From Tubulanus polymorphus (lineage: Eukaryota; Animalia; Nemertea): a DNA stretch of 64,000 nt. The stretch is taken from NCBI RefSeq assembly GCF_964204645.1, contig NC_134027.1:27056560-27120559 (forward strand), read 5' to 3'. This document shows, piece by piece, positions 27,167 through 40,929 of this stretch; positions within the stretch are counted from its first letter, which is position 1; each line of letters begins with the position of its first letter. Both the position numbers and the translations under genes were made by a program. The notes beneath the pieces were generated by a model. That model searched no databases. It saw nothing but the letters and a program-made list of their open reading frames with translations, and was not told where the DNA came from.

Positions 27167-28406
27167 TTGTTGAGAGCAGTGAGATATAGATCAGTCCAGT
27201 CATCGTGAATCATGCGTCTTATATGAAATAAATTTGCTTTAAACGCGCGTAGAACAATGAAATATAAAAGCGATCATAAATATCTAAGTTTGAATGGTGT
27301 TTCAACTGTGTTAAACCTCACGCTTTTATTCTACTATTCGTATCTATCTCATTTTGTTCTTAAAATTTGTTACTTAATAATAATAATAATAATAATGATG
27401 CATTTTAACTGATGATACACTGAATACGCAGTGAACCTGTATTTGATACGGTATACGACGATGAAATGGATCCTGTCATATTACTGGTGTGATTATTGTC
27501 AACAGATGTTCGAACGTTTGAAATTACACTCGTAAAATCACTATAGGACCTGTATATTACTGACAGTATCTAATGAAGGCTTTAATTGAATATATATGAA
27601 TCCTGTATAATAATAAATGTATCGACGATTCCTTTGTTATTATTCAATTTAAATGTACTGGAAACTGTGAGCGTTTTACGCTTCTCTTGTATAGTTGTCT
27701 TTCTTTCTGTATAAATCAAATAAACTATCATGTCTCAAGAGTTTCAGTGTTGTTGCGATTTCCTCAGTATTTCCTTGAATTTAGACATTACACAGATTCT
27801 TGACTCAGTTCGCGAGTATTTCGTTGAATTTAGAGACCTAACCCTAATTACTCGGTTTCCTGACTCCGTTCTCCCTACAATTAGAAAGGAATTTTTGGAT
27901 TGACGGTTGGTGCCTTCAGATTTCATCCTCGGTTTTTGACATTCCATCTTTTGAGCCCAAGCGCGACCCACAGGTCAAGGTCAATGAATCCAGAGGATAT
28001 GCATCGTAAGGACCTAGTCTCAGTTATCTACAAACAATCAATGTCAAAATGCTAGCGTGGCCCATCAATAGGTCGAGCTTTTGAAGATGGTTAGCCACCA
28101 GGAACCAGTCACTCAAAAGTTTATTAAAGATAACCAGTGGATAGTTGGCGTACACTGGTTACAATGAGTTGCGTAGCAGCGCCGCGGTGCGGAATAGTAC
28201 GCCAACTCCTCATTAAAAATCATTGCTACTGCAGTATTTATACACTGGGTATCGTTAACCAACCTTTCAGCAACTGACCCAGGAATTTCAATTCTCTTAC
28301 GATAAATAAACTTAAAACAATACCGGTACTGATTAATTATTTCTACGGATGAATTTTATTCGAAAATATACGAATCTATAAAATCTAAATTTGATATCAA
28401 AAATAA

Positions 28407-31400
28407 TCAGTCGATATTTTGAAATAATTTACTGATACTTCGGCTTAAAACGCATGGTGAGATTTTCATTTGTTTACCATCAATAAACATTGATTTATGT
28501 TGATAATGTTGTAATAAATTCGATATTATCCAAATATTGATAAGAAAAAACATGATTCCAGCCAACCATATAAACATGAATGTGTTCATTCCTTTGAATT
28601 CGAGAAAATATGCAGGACACAACCAAACTCCCTACAAATAGAATAACATGACTATCATGAAAGAATTCATACTATGATTTACAGGATCTGTAATGAAATG
28701 ATTTAGTATCTATACCTGACCAATAAACCACATCAGTAATAGATTCACAGCTTTCTTCCAGGTCATTGATAAGGATGGTAGTATAAGTGGTAACAAACAC
28801 AAGTACCAGAGAAAATACTGAAAAATTCAAAACAAACATTTCACGTTTATTTATACGGTCAAAACACAAACATCAGGGGCCAGTTGCATAGTCGTCCTGG
28901 GGCCCGTTGCACAGTCGTCCTCGGGCCGGTTGCACAGTTGTCCTCGGGCCGGTTGCACAGTCGTCCTCGGGCCGGTTGCATAGTCATGACTTAGACTCGA
29001 GACCAGTCTAAGACCAACTTAGTTCTATAACCAATCAAACAACTTAAGACCACTGTTAAGATTTTAGACATTTGGACTTATGTCACGACTGTGCAACTGG
29101 CGCCAGGGGCTGGTTCCATAGTGATGATTTAGACTTCAGACCATCATAGTTCCATATCTATCAAATCTAAGCCCAGTCTTAAGATTTAAGACAAATTTTG
29201 GACTTAAGTCTGGACTATGGAACTCGCCCTAGGGCTGAGCTGCAAGTTATATAAACACTAACACTGGTCTTAGAATGACTATAGTAACCGAGATGGTCTT
29301 AAACAGGTTTAAAAATCTAATATATGACTACACAGACTAGGCCCAAGGGCCAGTTACATAGTCAGGGCTCAGACTTAAGACCAGTCTAAGAACATCAGTT
29401 TTATAGCCTATGTAACAATTTGAGACCAGTCCTAAGACCACTTCTGGTCTCAAGTCTTGTATATGGAATCGGCCCCAGGACTCAGTTCTGGGTTAAGTTC
29501 GATCTGAAGATAAGTTTCCAGCGTGTTATTTACCTGCGATGTACAAACTTTATTGAACGTAACAAAAACGATGGTGTGTAAAAACCAGCAGAACGACAAA
29601 TCATCGTAGAACATCAATGAAATCGCGACTAACAGCAACAATTGAGGAATGAATACGACGAGCGAGAGCACGACTGAGTACGACGATTCAGCCGTCAGGT
29701 AAAACATGTAGAAATATACGGAGAAATTATGTCTGATGTCTCGTCTAGTGATGTGATACAAATACGCTTCATTCAAAAACTCTTCACCATACCTACAAAA
29801 AACAAACATAAATAGAACTCCCACTATTTACGCTTAACAACCGTCTCTTAAGAGAGTCTGAAACATTGTTTCTTATGTATTGATTTAGTAACCTTTCACA
29901 ATTGTATATACAGTAAACCTCGTGCATATTTGGACATGGCTATCTTGCCGACCCGTGACTAATTAGATCTTCATAACATATTTTCTTACCCTTAACTCGG
30001 ACCAATTTACTGATCCCAGTTTGTACCGTCCTCCCCCTGCAGGGATTCGAACCTGATGGCATCATTGAGAATGTCACAGCACGAAACCCTGCCACACTAG
30101 ACCGAGTGCGCACAGTTACACGCGCAGCTTAGAAGATGTCATTGTTAACCAATCAGATATCCCGTTTTATTTTAGCCCGGGGTTTCCCATTTATAATACT
30201 TCCGTGAAATTTACCTCAGCGATTATCGTAACGAGCAATCTGATTGGTGCCGCAAGTTTTCGTGCGGCAAAGCTGCGCATATACCTGCACACCCAGTCTA
30301 CTGTGGCAGGGGTTCGTGCCGTGGCTGAGTGTAGCGATGCCATCAGGTTCGAATCCCTGCCGAAGGAGGAGAGAATGAATCCCTGCCGAGGGAGGATGAG
30401 TTTGTCGGGGTTAGGCTAGGTTTACTGTAATGGGTTTTAATGAATCTTATCAAGAATTTCTATTTCATACTCACAAGATATATGAAATTCCAGTAAATGC
30501 GACGAACGTAATTCCGGCTGTAAATACAAATTTAAATCTCGTTCTATTCGGAAGCAGGATCGCTGTTAAACGATTCTCGGCGTTGTTCGCTCTCAGATAA
30601 ACTCCGTCGCTCAATAACAGGTAGATCGGTAAAGCGTACGTAACCGGGTAGATCTTCATATGAACGGAAACGGCGTAGAAAACGGCGGCGATTGTTGTAC
30701 GTCGTACGAGGAGACAGTAAAGAGTTAACAGAACGAGTAACGTCACGATAGACTCGGCGTTTCCCCGACTCGACACAGCGATCGGTAGAGGGTTATATAT
30801 CCATATACAAGCACATATTAAACACACCGATTTACAATTCTTCAATCTTAATTCTAATATTTTATAGATTAAATATCCGCACGTAACGTCACACGTAATG
30901 AATAATAGTTTCCCCCACAGCGCACTGATATAGACATTCGGAGTTAGAATCAGCGCCAACAGCGGCGTGTATCGATACGTAGCTCTTTTATACGGAGATT
31001 CACCCTGAAAATAAATAAACAGTTTAGAAACTGGCCACAGGAGCCAGTTGCACATCTTAAGACTGGTCTTAAGTTGTTAGATTGGCTATAGAACTAAATT
31101 GGTAAGAGTAGACTGGTCCTAAGTCTAAGCCATGACAATGCAACCGGCCCCAGGAGCACGCCGATGGGCACAGGAAACAGTTTACTATCATCACAGTATC
31201 ATCGAAATATCCTTCATATAGTCACTGATTGTCGGGGTTCTTTAAGATTACTGGTTACTAAAAGACATTCCACAAATTGATAATTTCACAATTGGATGTA
31301 ATTAAACTGTTAGGCCTATATCAAAAGTGAGTGTCACTACTCATATTAAAAGGTGAAGTTTGTTAGTATTTCCTGACATTGTTGTGTGGAGCCAGCAGCC

Positions 31401-31797
31401 ATTATCTTTTTATCCATTATCGAAAGTGTATACATTCAGAAGCTGGCATTTTTTTCTCCACAAAAAACCATCCAAAATAGATTACCCCAGGAACTATCTC
31501 AAGCCCATATCGGCGAGCACCTGTGAACTGACAGACAGCGAAACAACCACAAAACGCTTGTGACATTATTGAATTAATTGAATTGTTATTATGACCCACA
31601 GTACACCACAGTGATGACTGACATACAATACATACCTCAGTAATAAACTTAGCAGCATCAGAAAAAACGAAGTAATCAATGTCAGTGAATTTAACCGCCA
31701 TCGTTCGATCCTGCCAGATTCCATACAATACAAACACTATTCTAATAGCGAATCCTGACAATAAATGCAACCAAATATTCATCATTTTACCACACAT
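28407..31797 (-). CDS. PIGM: GPI mannosyltransferase 1 (PIG-M), 5 exons: 31797-31636, 31004-30475, 29792-29534, 28817-28716, 28631-28407 (about 425 aa)
   Basis: Motifs VKFTDIDY (DXD), [66 protein letters not shown] and PAYFLEFKG; GT-AG introns in consistent phase. Confidence 0.97.
28875..29480. mobile_element. Cluster of short related elements (GGCC.GTTGCA.AGTC...AGACCAGTCTAAG family); relatives at about 10570-10715 and 31035-31152
   Basis: Recurrent, partly palindromic motif family seen at several intronic sites. Confidence 0.55.
30025..30375. mobile_element. Foldback/MITE with about 100-bp imperfect inverted arms carrying a tRNA-type B box
   Basis: GCAGGGATTCGAACCTGATGGCATC...GCGCAGCTT (30039-30130) pairs with AAGCTGCGC...GATGCCATCAGGTTCGAATCCCTGC (30270-30360). 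Confidence 0.7.
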
Positions 31798-31841
31798 TTT
31801 GACATAAACAAGGAAGTAACTTTATTTCCGGGTTAGTGTCA
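31798..31841 (-). promoter_or_regulatory. Proximal promoter/5'UTR element of PIG-M with two ETS-type GGAA cores; duplicated at 34522-34565
   Basis: Minus strand TGACACTAACCCGGAAATAAAGTTACTTCCTTGTTTATGTCAAA directly abuts the PIG-M ATG. Confidence 0.6.
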
Positions 31842-33135
31842 GATTTCACCAGTCAATGGCAGCACTCTATTACTCGCTTGCCACAGCGGGAACGGAGAGA
31901 TCGACGATTCAAGATAAGATATTAAGATAATCATAAATTACGTGACCCCAACCAAAACTTTTGCGTACATAGAGGTTTTACACAAATTAAATCATCATAT
32001 AAAAGAAAAATGGATACAAACTTGAACAATATAAATATTGCGGGTGTGATACAACCATGTCATAGTCCATGGTTGGATAAGCACTTTTTGAGATGAGCAA
32101 GAGGACAGGCTCGGGCCCCCGGGTTGGGTTTGTGAAATATAGTAGCAAAAAATTTCTTCTACTGCAAGTTAATTCTAAAAAGAAAATGGAAAATGGAAAA
32201 GATTCATCACCCGCTGCCGGCGTCAGGTCCACTACTGAGTCCAGTCTCGCGGGCGGGACATGGACACACTCACTCTGAGCCGGGGTATGGCCTTATTAAA
32301 AAACGTCGCCGTATTCACGCCAAACTCGACTGATCGGTAGGCCTGGTTCACGCAAGCTCTCATACGGAGCGCCGCGAACCGGCCAATCTCAGGACTGGGG
32401 GGCTGGGTGACCCCAGTGCCCCCCGGATCCGCCCTGATTTGATACGATTTGATACGGTGCACTCACAATTTCTTTTCGAAAAGCTGATGAAATGGTCAAA
32501 ACTAAAATAGAAACTGAAACTCATAGGGAATAAAATGCGGGGGCCGCAGTATTTTCTTTCAGCCGATTGGAACAAGTCGTCAAATTCGATCCTGTGTTGT
32601 GGAAATCTTATTTGATTAGAGTTACACGTGACTCAAATGAATGATCAGGAAAATCAAATCTGATGTGATACTAAGATAAATTCGCCTGTATCCATGCCTG
32701 TCGGCCCGGCTAAAAAAATTTAAGTAAAGACCGGTCAGTCTATGACAGAAGCAGCTTTGCCAACCAGTTTAACGTTTAATCAAATTGACAAAACAACATT
32801 GAAAAATATGGCCCTAGCAACGCCCCTAGCAACTGAACGCTACTCTATGACTGGATTCCTCAATCTTCAGATGTTTGGCGGTATCGATTTGTGGCGGCGT
32901 CCGGGTCTAAGTCACTGCTCCGTTTAAAAGGTTTATTTAATTCTGTGTTTATTATTTGATTGTAACCATTTAAATCGAACTCGGTTTCATGTTTTTGTCA
33001 TTTCAGCAGGCTAATTAGGACCAGACGAACGATCAACTAACGCCCGAAGAGTGAGAATAGAATTAATAGATCTACTACAATGATATTATCTCATTCAGGT
33101 TTTACACGTCGTATCATGGACTCTTAAAACGTGGT

Positions 33136-33805
33136 TCGTATCGTATCGTATCGTATCGTATCGTATCGTTTTCGCAGTCATTGAAGAAGGCCTATTGGCC
33201 TATAAATTTGATTGCCTCGGTGTTTCGCTTAAGTTGCCAGGTATTGCCAGCACTTTGGTAATAGCGGAAAACATAACAACATCCGTGAATTCCGATAACA
33301 TTCAGGTCCAAGTTAGTAGTGCTCGACCCGTAGTAGGAAATGCTTTTCTTGCCAGTGTTTATCGAGACGTAATTTGAAAGCATTTGTAGATGGAGCATTC
33401 ACTATATCTTCCGTGAGCGAGTTCCAGTTGTTCACCACTCTGTGACGGAAGGAGTATTTCCTGATATCCTTCTTAGTTCTCTGTTTTTGGATCTTCAGAG
33501 AGTGTCCTCTTAGATTCACTCTTCGTTGATCTCGTGGCACTAAGGAGTCTCCAGCGCGGTAGTTGTTATGAACCAGATTGTAGACAGTTATCATATCTCC
33601 TCTTGCTCTTCGATAGCTCAACGATGGAAGCTTTAGTTGTTTTAGTCTTTCGTGGTATGGTAAATCGTACAGATGTGGTACTAATTTGGTTGCTCGTCGC
33701 TGAATTTTTTCGTAATTGTCTACATCTTTTAGTAGGTGTGGGTTGTATTGTTCGATCGACGCTAACATATATTTTCGTTGCGCCTGTAGTATATACGCGT
33801 TTTAC
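33136..33805 (-). mobile_element. 5'-truncated CR1-clade LINE (ORF2 C-terminus plus 3' UTR with a (TACGA)n tail)
   Basis: ORF 33313..33768 has EKIQRRATKLVP.L..L.Y.ERL..L.L.SL..RR.RGD.I, LRGHSLK and FRHRVVNNWNSL, typical of the CR1 ORF2 tail; microsatellite tail at 33136-33168. Confidence 0.9.
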
Positions 33806-33827
33806 TCGGGGCTTGTGACGATCGATG

Positions 33828-34485
33828 ATTCGAATACTAATACGAATACTAATGTTTATTACACTCCAACCATTCCCTTGGTATATGGAGGAAAAACAGT
33901 ATTTACAACTATTTACAGAAACAGGAAATAAAAGTATTTTCAAACATAACAAACGTTATTTACAACATAATATTTACATACTACCGGAGGATCTATATAC
34001 ATCTAGACCTAATTTGATACATTTAGCTAGAATTGGATTCATCAAGGTTGAAGGTATTTGAACTTCAGTAATTTTTACAGAATTCGGTAAGTAATTTACA
34101 GTCAAAAATGAAATGTAGTTCGTCGCCTAAACGTTACAGGTGGGGCATAATCTATCGGTTCTGGGTAGATGGAGATATGACAATTTGTTATACAAGAGAT
34201 TTAAGACCCAATCCCGAACTGGAATAAACTGGTCTTTATACTGTCTGGTGCTGCCCCTATGTATTACGATAGCGGGAAAAACGTGAACTAACATATTACT
34301 CGCTTGCCAAAGTCCTCGAACGGCTGCACTGGATAAACTATTTACCGATTTGTACGAATACGAATACGAATACGAATACGAATACGAATACGAATATTTT
34401 ATTACACTCCAACCATTCCCATGGTATATGAAAGAAAAAACAGTATTTACAATTATTTACAAAAACAGTAGATAAAAGCACTTTT
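33828..34485 (-). mobile_element. Two copies (about 33828-33950 and 34355-34485) of a retroelement 3' end with (TATTCG)n-type tails
   Basis: Shared TTTATTACACTCCAACCATTCCC.TGGTATATG..GAAAAACAGTATTTACAA, each preceded by GAATAC repeats. Confidence 0.6.
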
Positions 34486-34521
34486 GTGGCTCGACTCAGA
34501 GCGCCATCTCCTGCTGAAACG

Positions 34522-34565
34522 TGACACTAACCCGGAAATAAAATTACTTCCTTGTTTCTGTCAAA
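34522..34565 (+). promoter_or_regulatory. Proximal promoter element of the UBE2Q-like gene; inverted copy of 31798-31841
   Basis: TGACACTAACCCGGAAATAAAATTACTTCCTTGTTTCTGTCAAA, 42/44 identical to the PIG-M copy, ending about 66 bp upstream of the ATG. Confidence 0.6.
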
Positions 34566-34631
34566 CTAATATAAATTACGACACTTATTACTGATGTGTT
34601 TGTAATACTCAGAGAAGCGGGGGTCGGAGAA

Positions 34632-37600
34632 ATGGATCGACCATTTACAGACTACGTTGAAGAGGCAAAAACCTGGCAAACAGAAAAAACACACTTCCAT
34701 TTAAAATCGTCGGTTGCAAATGAAAATCGTTTATATTTTGAGAGTACCACCAGTAGTGGCAGTACTCAGCCTGCTGCTGCTGATGCTGGTGCGGTGACAT
34801 TCTTTATAGATTGTCCTGATGGTTCAACATCGTGGGTAAGTCATGACATAAAGTACTGCATCGGTATTGGTGCATGCTGAACAGCAACCTCCCCTAAACA
34901 AATCGTGGGCGATGTAGGCCTATTTATTATTAGACCATGAAGGGTATGCAGCCATGGTTGGCATTGTAAATTTTATTGTTTGTTTTTCTCTCAACCTGTG
35001 TACATAGCCTGTCATGCTTTCTGTGAAATAAATTTGAACTTGAACTTGAACTGCATGAGCTGAGCAGAGGATTCCTGGCAAGCGAGGAGTGTGTACAGTC
35101 AGTGTTGGGAAGTCAGAAGAGAAGGCCCCGCTTAATCAGTTATATTTACTAAATTTAATCTCAAAGATATTCTTTATTCTACCTTTCAAATCCCCTCATG
35201 AGCCTTGAATGCTTATCCTCCTGCCTGCCGTCGATTTAGAGGATACCGCCACTGTGACTGACCGTAACAATTGATTGCATTCTATTTTTAGAATATCTGG
35301 AGCGATCAAGATCGAACTTTAGACGTTTTAAAGATGGAAATGTCGGATTTTTTACAATCTTCTCGTCCTAAAACTCTGACCGATATTTTAAACAAAGCTG
35401 ATAAAGAATTGAAAACGGTAAGAAACTTCAGTAAACATTAACACTGAACATATACCATACAGTGCTGCCCTCTAGCTGTGTGTACTTGTATTTCAGTTAC
35501 TGGGAGCTACGTGTATAGATTGTAAGAATAGGGAAGATGAAAGTGAAGATGAAGAAGAAGATTATGATGAGGACGATGATGATTTTGATAGTTATTATAA
35601 CAGTGGTGATCTAGATGAACAAGATGATTCATTGAATGACCTCGATAAGTAAGCCATTCTAAAATCCCTTACTTTCTTGAATAGTTTTTTGAAATCTGCC
35701 CATGTCATACCCAGGTATATGATCAGAACAGGATACATGAGAGAAATCCCAAAAATTCAGCCAAACATGAAAAGTTATTGAGTAAAAGAGTAGATATTTT
35801 GAGCGACTTACTCTTAAAGAGCTTCTCATCTTTGGCTGAATCATTATGAGATTTCTCTCTTACATTCACCTTACACGGATAGTTTGTATTTTCTCAAATT
35901 ATTATGAGTGGATACAGCGTATCCACTCTGAGTGGATACATTTATACTAATGGCCATAGTCTAAACAGAACTAAATACTTTATATTAACTGACACAATCT
36001 GATAGCAGCTTTCTAGAGTATACGTATGCCAATTAATGATTATGAAGTCACTCGATGTCTCATATACTACCTGTACTACTGATATATCGACGATACTCAC
36101 TTGCAATATCTCACACTCACTTGCAATATCTCACACTACCTGTACTACTGATATATCGACGATACTCACTTGCAATATCTCACACTACCTGTACTAGATA
36201 TATCGATAGTCACTCAATATCTCACACTACCTGTACTACTGATATATCGACGATAGTCACTCGATATCTCACACTACATGTACTACTGATATATCGATAG
36301 TCACTCGATATCTCATACTACCTGTACTACTGATATATCAATATTCACTCAATATCTCACACTACCTGTACTACTGATATATCGACGATAGTCACTCGAT
36401 ATCTCACACTACATGTACTACTGATATATCGATAGTCACTCGATATCTCATACTACCTGTACTACTGATATATCAATAGTCACTCAATATCTCACACTAC
36501 CTGTACTACTGATATATCGATAGTCACTCGATATCTCATACTACCTGTACTACTTATATATTGATAGTCACTCGATATCTGTTGATATATTGATATTGAT
36601 GTTGTAGAGATATTGAAGAATCTGCGGCTGATCAACAGTTTATTGGACAAGGCTCCAGCACTGCTGTACATAGATTATTAAAAGGTAAAATCATTTCATC
36701 TTCCAAAACTGAATATTATCATCTTCATATGTCTATTCTAAATCGGTGGCTTCTTTCAGATTATAAAGCGTTACAAAAGTCCGATGGTAAATTTGGAATT
36801 GAAGGATCTCCTCAGGGTAATAATCTCTATATTTGGGTAATTATCGTTATGTTGTGATTGAACACTTGATACGACGGTGAAGTATGAATTTTAATGCATT
36901 TGATGATGTTATTTTTCAGGATGTAAAGTTGACAGATTTTCCACTTGATTCTCAGCTTGGAAAAGATTTAGTAGAATATGCAAAGCGCCACAAAAGAGAA
37001 GTATATGATTTTATCTCTTGTTTGAACTTAATGAATTGAGAGTCACTTGCCAGCCTCCTGTTAGTCAGCTGTTTATATGTATTTTGTAGCCTGTGGTTTA
37101 TATAGAAATGAAGTTTCCTAAAGAATACCCAATGTCTCCACCTTTTGTCCGAGTTATTAGACCGAGATTCAAGTTTCTTACCGGTAATTATTTCATCATA
37201 CAAGTCATGATGTTAAACACAAGAGTGTGATCTGATAAAACTGTTTTAACTGGTTATTTTCAGGTCATGTAACAATAGGAGGCAGTATTTGCATGCAGAT
37301 GTTAACCCGGTCTGGATGGAGTCCCGGGAATGATATCGAGGTTAGTTGACTTCAGATACTCTAACCAGACTTGGTGACGATCTACCCACATACCAGGGGC
37401 GGATCTACAGGGCGCATGCGTTACTTAGATTATAGTGTAGTTTCTGGAACTAAAAAGATTTAGTGATTGACAGCGGAGTAGCAACCAAATAATTATTGGT
37501 CAGACATAAAGCTAAATCATTGCCTAAGCGCTGTGCGCTTAGAGTTCGGAGCGTGCACCAATTGGCGGCCGAAGGAATTGATGAATTGATGAACGCGTAG

Positions 37601-37998
37601 AGGCGGGGGAAGAGTGTGAGAAGGGGGCGGTTAATGCAAATTTGAACGAATCAGAAGAACCATCTTGGTAATTATTAACCGCACCGGTAGCTACGCCGCT
37701 GATTGATCAAAAGTAGGTTGCAATATCTCGTTCTACACTAAAATCTGAACCCATCCACTATTTAGGATAGTACGGTCTGGATCGACCCCCGAGTAGCCTG
37801 CACTGCGTTCTAAGAGTAGATTGGGTCGTTTTGAGATGTTGTATATATGTATATTTGTAGAGTATATTGGTACAGATACGTTCAGAGATTATCAGCGATG
37901 GTAAAGCTCGTTTAGACTACAGCGTTGATCGTCCCTACGACGAGGCAGAGGCTAAACAAGCATTCGAAAGAATGTTACAGAGATACGACTGGAAATAA
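34632..37998 (+). CDS. UBE2Q: Ubiquitin-conjugating enzyme E2 Q-family protein, 9 exons: 34632-34835, 35292-35417, 35497-35648, 36608-36684, 36760-36836, 36920-37000, 37090-37183, 37264-37340, 37861-37998
   Basis: N-terminal extension, an acidic tract, then a UBC core: GSSTAVHRLLKDY, NNLYIWDVKL, MKFPKEYPMSPPFVRVIRP, GHVTIGGSICMQMLTRSGWSP..DIESILVQIR (catalytic Cys in the UBE2Q-type GGxIC context), YDEAEAKQAF. Confidence 0.9.
36046..36580. repeat. About 44-bp minisatellite in a UBE2Q intron
   Basis: Unit GTCACTCGATATCTCACACTACCTGTACTACTGATATATCGATA. Confidence 0.9.
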
Positions 37999-39233
37999 AC
38001 TATAAATATCCCTGATGAAAACTACAGTAACCTTCGCGTCACTCCGACGAACTGAGACTGGGAAAACTGGTCCAAGGCAAGCGATACGAAAAATTACTTC
38101 AGAATGTAAGAAATATTTTGCTAGCCATGTCCGAGTGAGGCGAGGTTTACTGTATTAGAAAAACTGGGATATCATAAGAGAGCATTTATCAAGTGCATCT
38201 AGTAAGTACAAAGTCAGCAACTAACATAAATCTACACAAAGAAGGCATGAAATTGTAGTTAATGAACAGCTTCAAACTAGTTTATATCCAGTTCGATGTA
38301 CAGCTACTGCCTGGTGCAGTATGTTTGTTCTCTTGCATTTTATCATTCATTTATTTGAATCATGTTTATCATTTAATATCCGTGTATAAAATCAGCTGAA
38401 ACATTGTTCTATTAGTCATGATATTTGCTGGTCAAATTTGACAAACCGTGTATGATACATTTATGACTCATGTTTTACTTATTACTGCATCTACTTAGAT
38501 TCCTAATTTCTTTTTGTTCAATTTCTTATCTATTACTATACAAGAATGTCTCAATATTATTTTTATGAAATCTAGAGTTTTAATTTTGTAAAGGGCCTAC
38601 TGTACATGGGGAAAGGCCTGCCCAATTTCATTATTCCTTTTAATGAAACTGATCTCGTGGGTTGAATCTGGTCCTTCTGTCTCATTGAATTATTGATGAT
38701 TAAAGAATCAAAGATATATTTGTATCTGTGTTTATTGTTGTTGTGTCTCGTCTTGAAGTTTCTTTGAAACTGCATAATAAAATTATGAAATTATTAGTTT
38801 TTATTGAATTTTTGAGTTCCTTTTAAGCACCCTATTGGTGCACAAGGATTTTACCACTCTGATCTTGTTTGCATTTTCCAAAAGATTCTAACATTAAAAT
38901 GGACACACGTGTGGGATGTACGTAGGATAGGGATACTGAAACAGGGTAACTTGAGAAGACTTTTTTTGTTGACTTTAAGCAGCAAAGGTGAGTTTCATCG
39001 GTAGTCAAGTTAGGTTAGGTTAGTTTCCCCAAGTCTAGTTATGTTAGTGACTAGCGGTGAATGGTCGCGTTGGGCGCCTAGTTTGGATTCGTAGTTCTGT
39101 TGAGTTAACACCTAAACTAGGACACAGTTTCAACATGATATTGTGAGTTTAATCTTCCAACTTACCATAGTTAAACTTAGTCATCTGTTTGGAGAAAAAA
39201 AAATTTCGCAAGGAAAGAGTTAAAAGGGTTAAA

Positions 39234-39442
39234 AGGCCAACACTAGGGTTATTACGTTTATTTAACAGTTTATTTTAGGCTTACACTAGGGTTACTGTAT
39301 TTATTCACAAGGCCAACACTAGGGTTACAACGTTTATTTAACAGGCCAATACTAGGGTTATTACGTTTATTCTGCAGGCCAACACTAGGGTTACTGCGTT
39401 TTTTCACCAGGCCAACACTAGGGTTACTACGTTTATCCAGCA
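39234..39442. repeat. 33-bp minisatellite (GGCCAACACTAGGGTTA...), about 6 copies
   Basis: Directly visible; explains ORF 39270..39560. Confidence 0.85.
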
Positions 39443-40929
39443 GGAACCTGCCTTTTAGAGGCAACAGCAGAAATGTCAAACTTACCATAATTCTGATGAA
39501 ACGGCGTGGAGAACTCGGCGCGCTGCTGTGAGAATGTAAAAATAGTACAGCGTTGCCCAATAAATAAGTGAATTTTCATTCTATGTAACTAGCACTGTTC
39601 ATATATGTGAAATAATAAAATATTGTAGAAAAGAATTGTATTTATTCATCATTGGCTATGTACGGATTATTCAAAGACTATTACGGAAGTGGCTGAATAG
39701 CCACTTTGAATAACAATTTGGGAAACCAACAGTTCTGAATGAGTGAATAAACAAACGAACGAACAAAAATCTACTTCTATTTTGAATCATATATCATCAC
39801 TTGCATCCCATACCGCATGATAAATGACGTCACCTCTATATACCCGTCATATGGAATACTGAACTTGACCGATTACTAGCACTGCCTTTTCAAAGTAATA
39901 ACAATTTACTGTCACTGCCGTCCTCTTCTGCACTACTAGTTTTAAGTTCATCTTATTCATTGCCTATATCATTTTCCCCTTGGAATGAAACAAAAATGAT
40001 AACTTATTTCTCCTAATCATCAGCCAGCTGGTCGTTTTAATAGCAGTTGATTTCTATATCTGCCGGGTCTATTACAGTCATGGGACCGTCTGGGTCAACT
40101 TTCAAGCTCAGCAGAAATAAACACGGAATCAATTTTGTATCCTAATATTTCAAAAAGTCCTTTAAGAAATCCTCATTGTGAAACTGGGCCCCAGCTTATC
40201 CGCTATAGATGAACTCTTCAACAAAATATAACGATTATAAACATTCATTTTATGGAGAATTGTATTTTATTAACGACATAATTAATACAATAATAGTGAA
40301 TACTGTTTATGCATTTCGCTAGGATTATACTAAAGTTATAGCACCAAAATTAGAATTGACAAATTATGAAAAACATTGTGAATATATAATATGAATAGAA
40401 ATAAACATGAATAATGAATATCATAATCATCATCGCAATCATCTCCATCCCCATATTAAATCCTGTTCATATTGATCATCTTAATCTTCCATTGGTTATT
40501 GCTGCTGTTGCTGTAAATAAAATTCACATTTAAAGAAAAAGTTACAAAATATTTCTATACTGTTTTGGAAAGGATCTTCTCTTTTGTACAGAGAGCTGCA
40601 GTCGACTCTTGGTGTCAGTAGATCTATTGGAGGTTTTTCACTATCATACGGACACTAATAAAACCAATCAGGAAACAAGTTCTTCAAACTTTAGGGCTGT
40701 GCCGGTTACTGACGAAATCAAGTTTATCGACTCACATGGTTTTTGATAATTTCCCGATATGATTGTTTTTAGTAGGCTAAGCGTGACTCGTGCTTACATC
40801 TTCAGTCGAACAGATCATCACCATCGTGGCGTTCATTGTCTATTACCAAAAATACATGAAGCATGTAATAGTAAGTATGCACAGGAAATAATGGCCCTTA
40901 AGCGTCTCGTTGCACTCGTAAAAACTTAC

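Noticed and set aside
32093-32575. Short GC-richer ORFs between PIG-M and the CR1 fragment
   Set aside because: No recognisable domain or consistent splice sites; partly a common GGATCCGCCC-ended repeat.
39160-39560. Minus-strand donor-like sites (about 39166 and 39486) as further RRM-unit exons
   Set aside because: No coherent reading frame or homology to the other units could be established.
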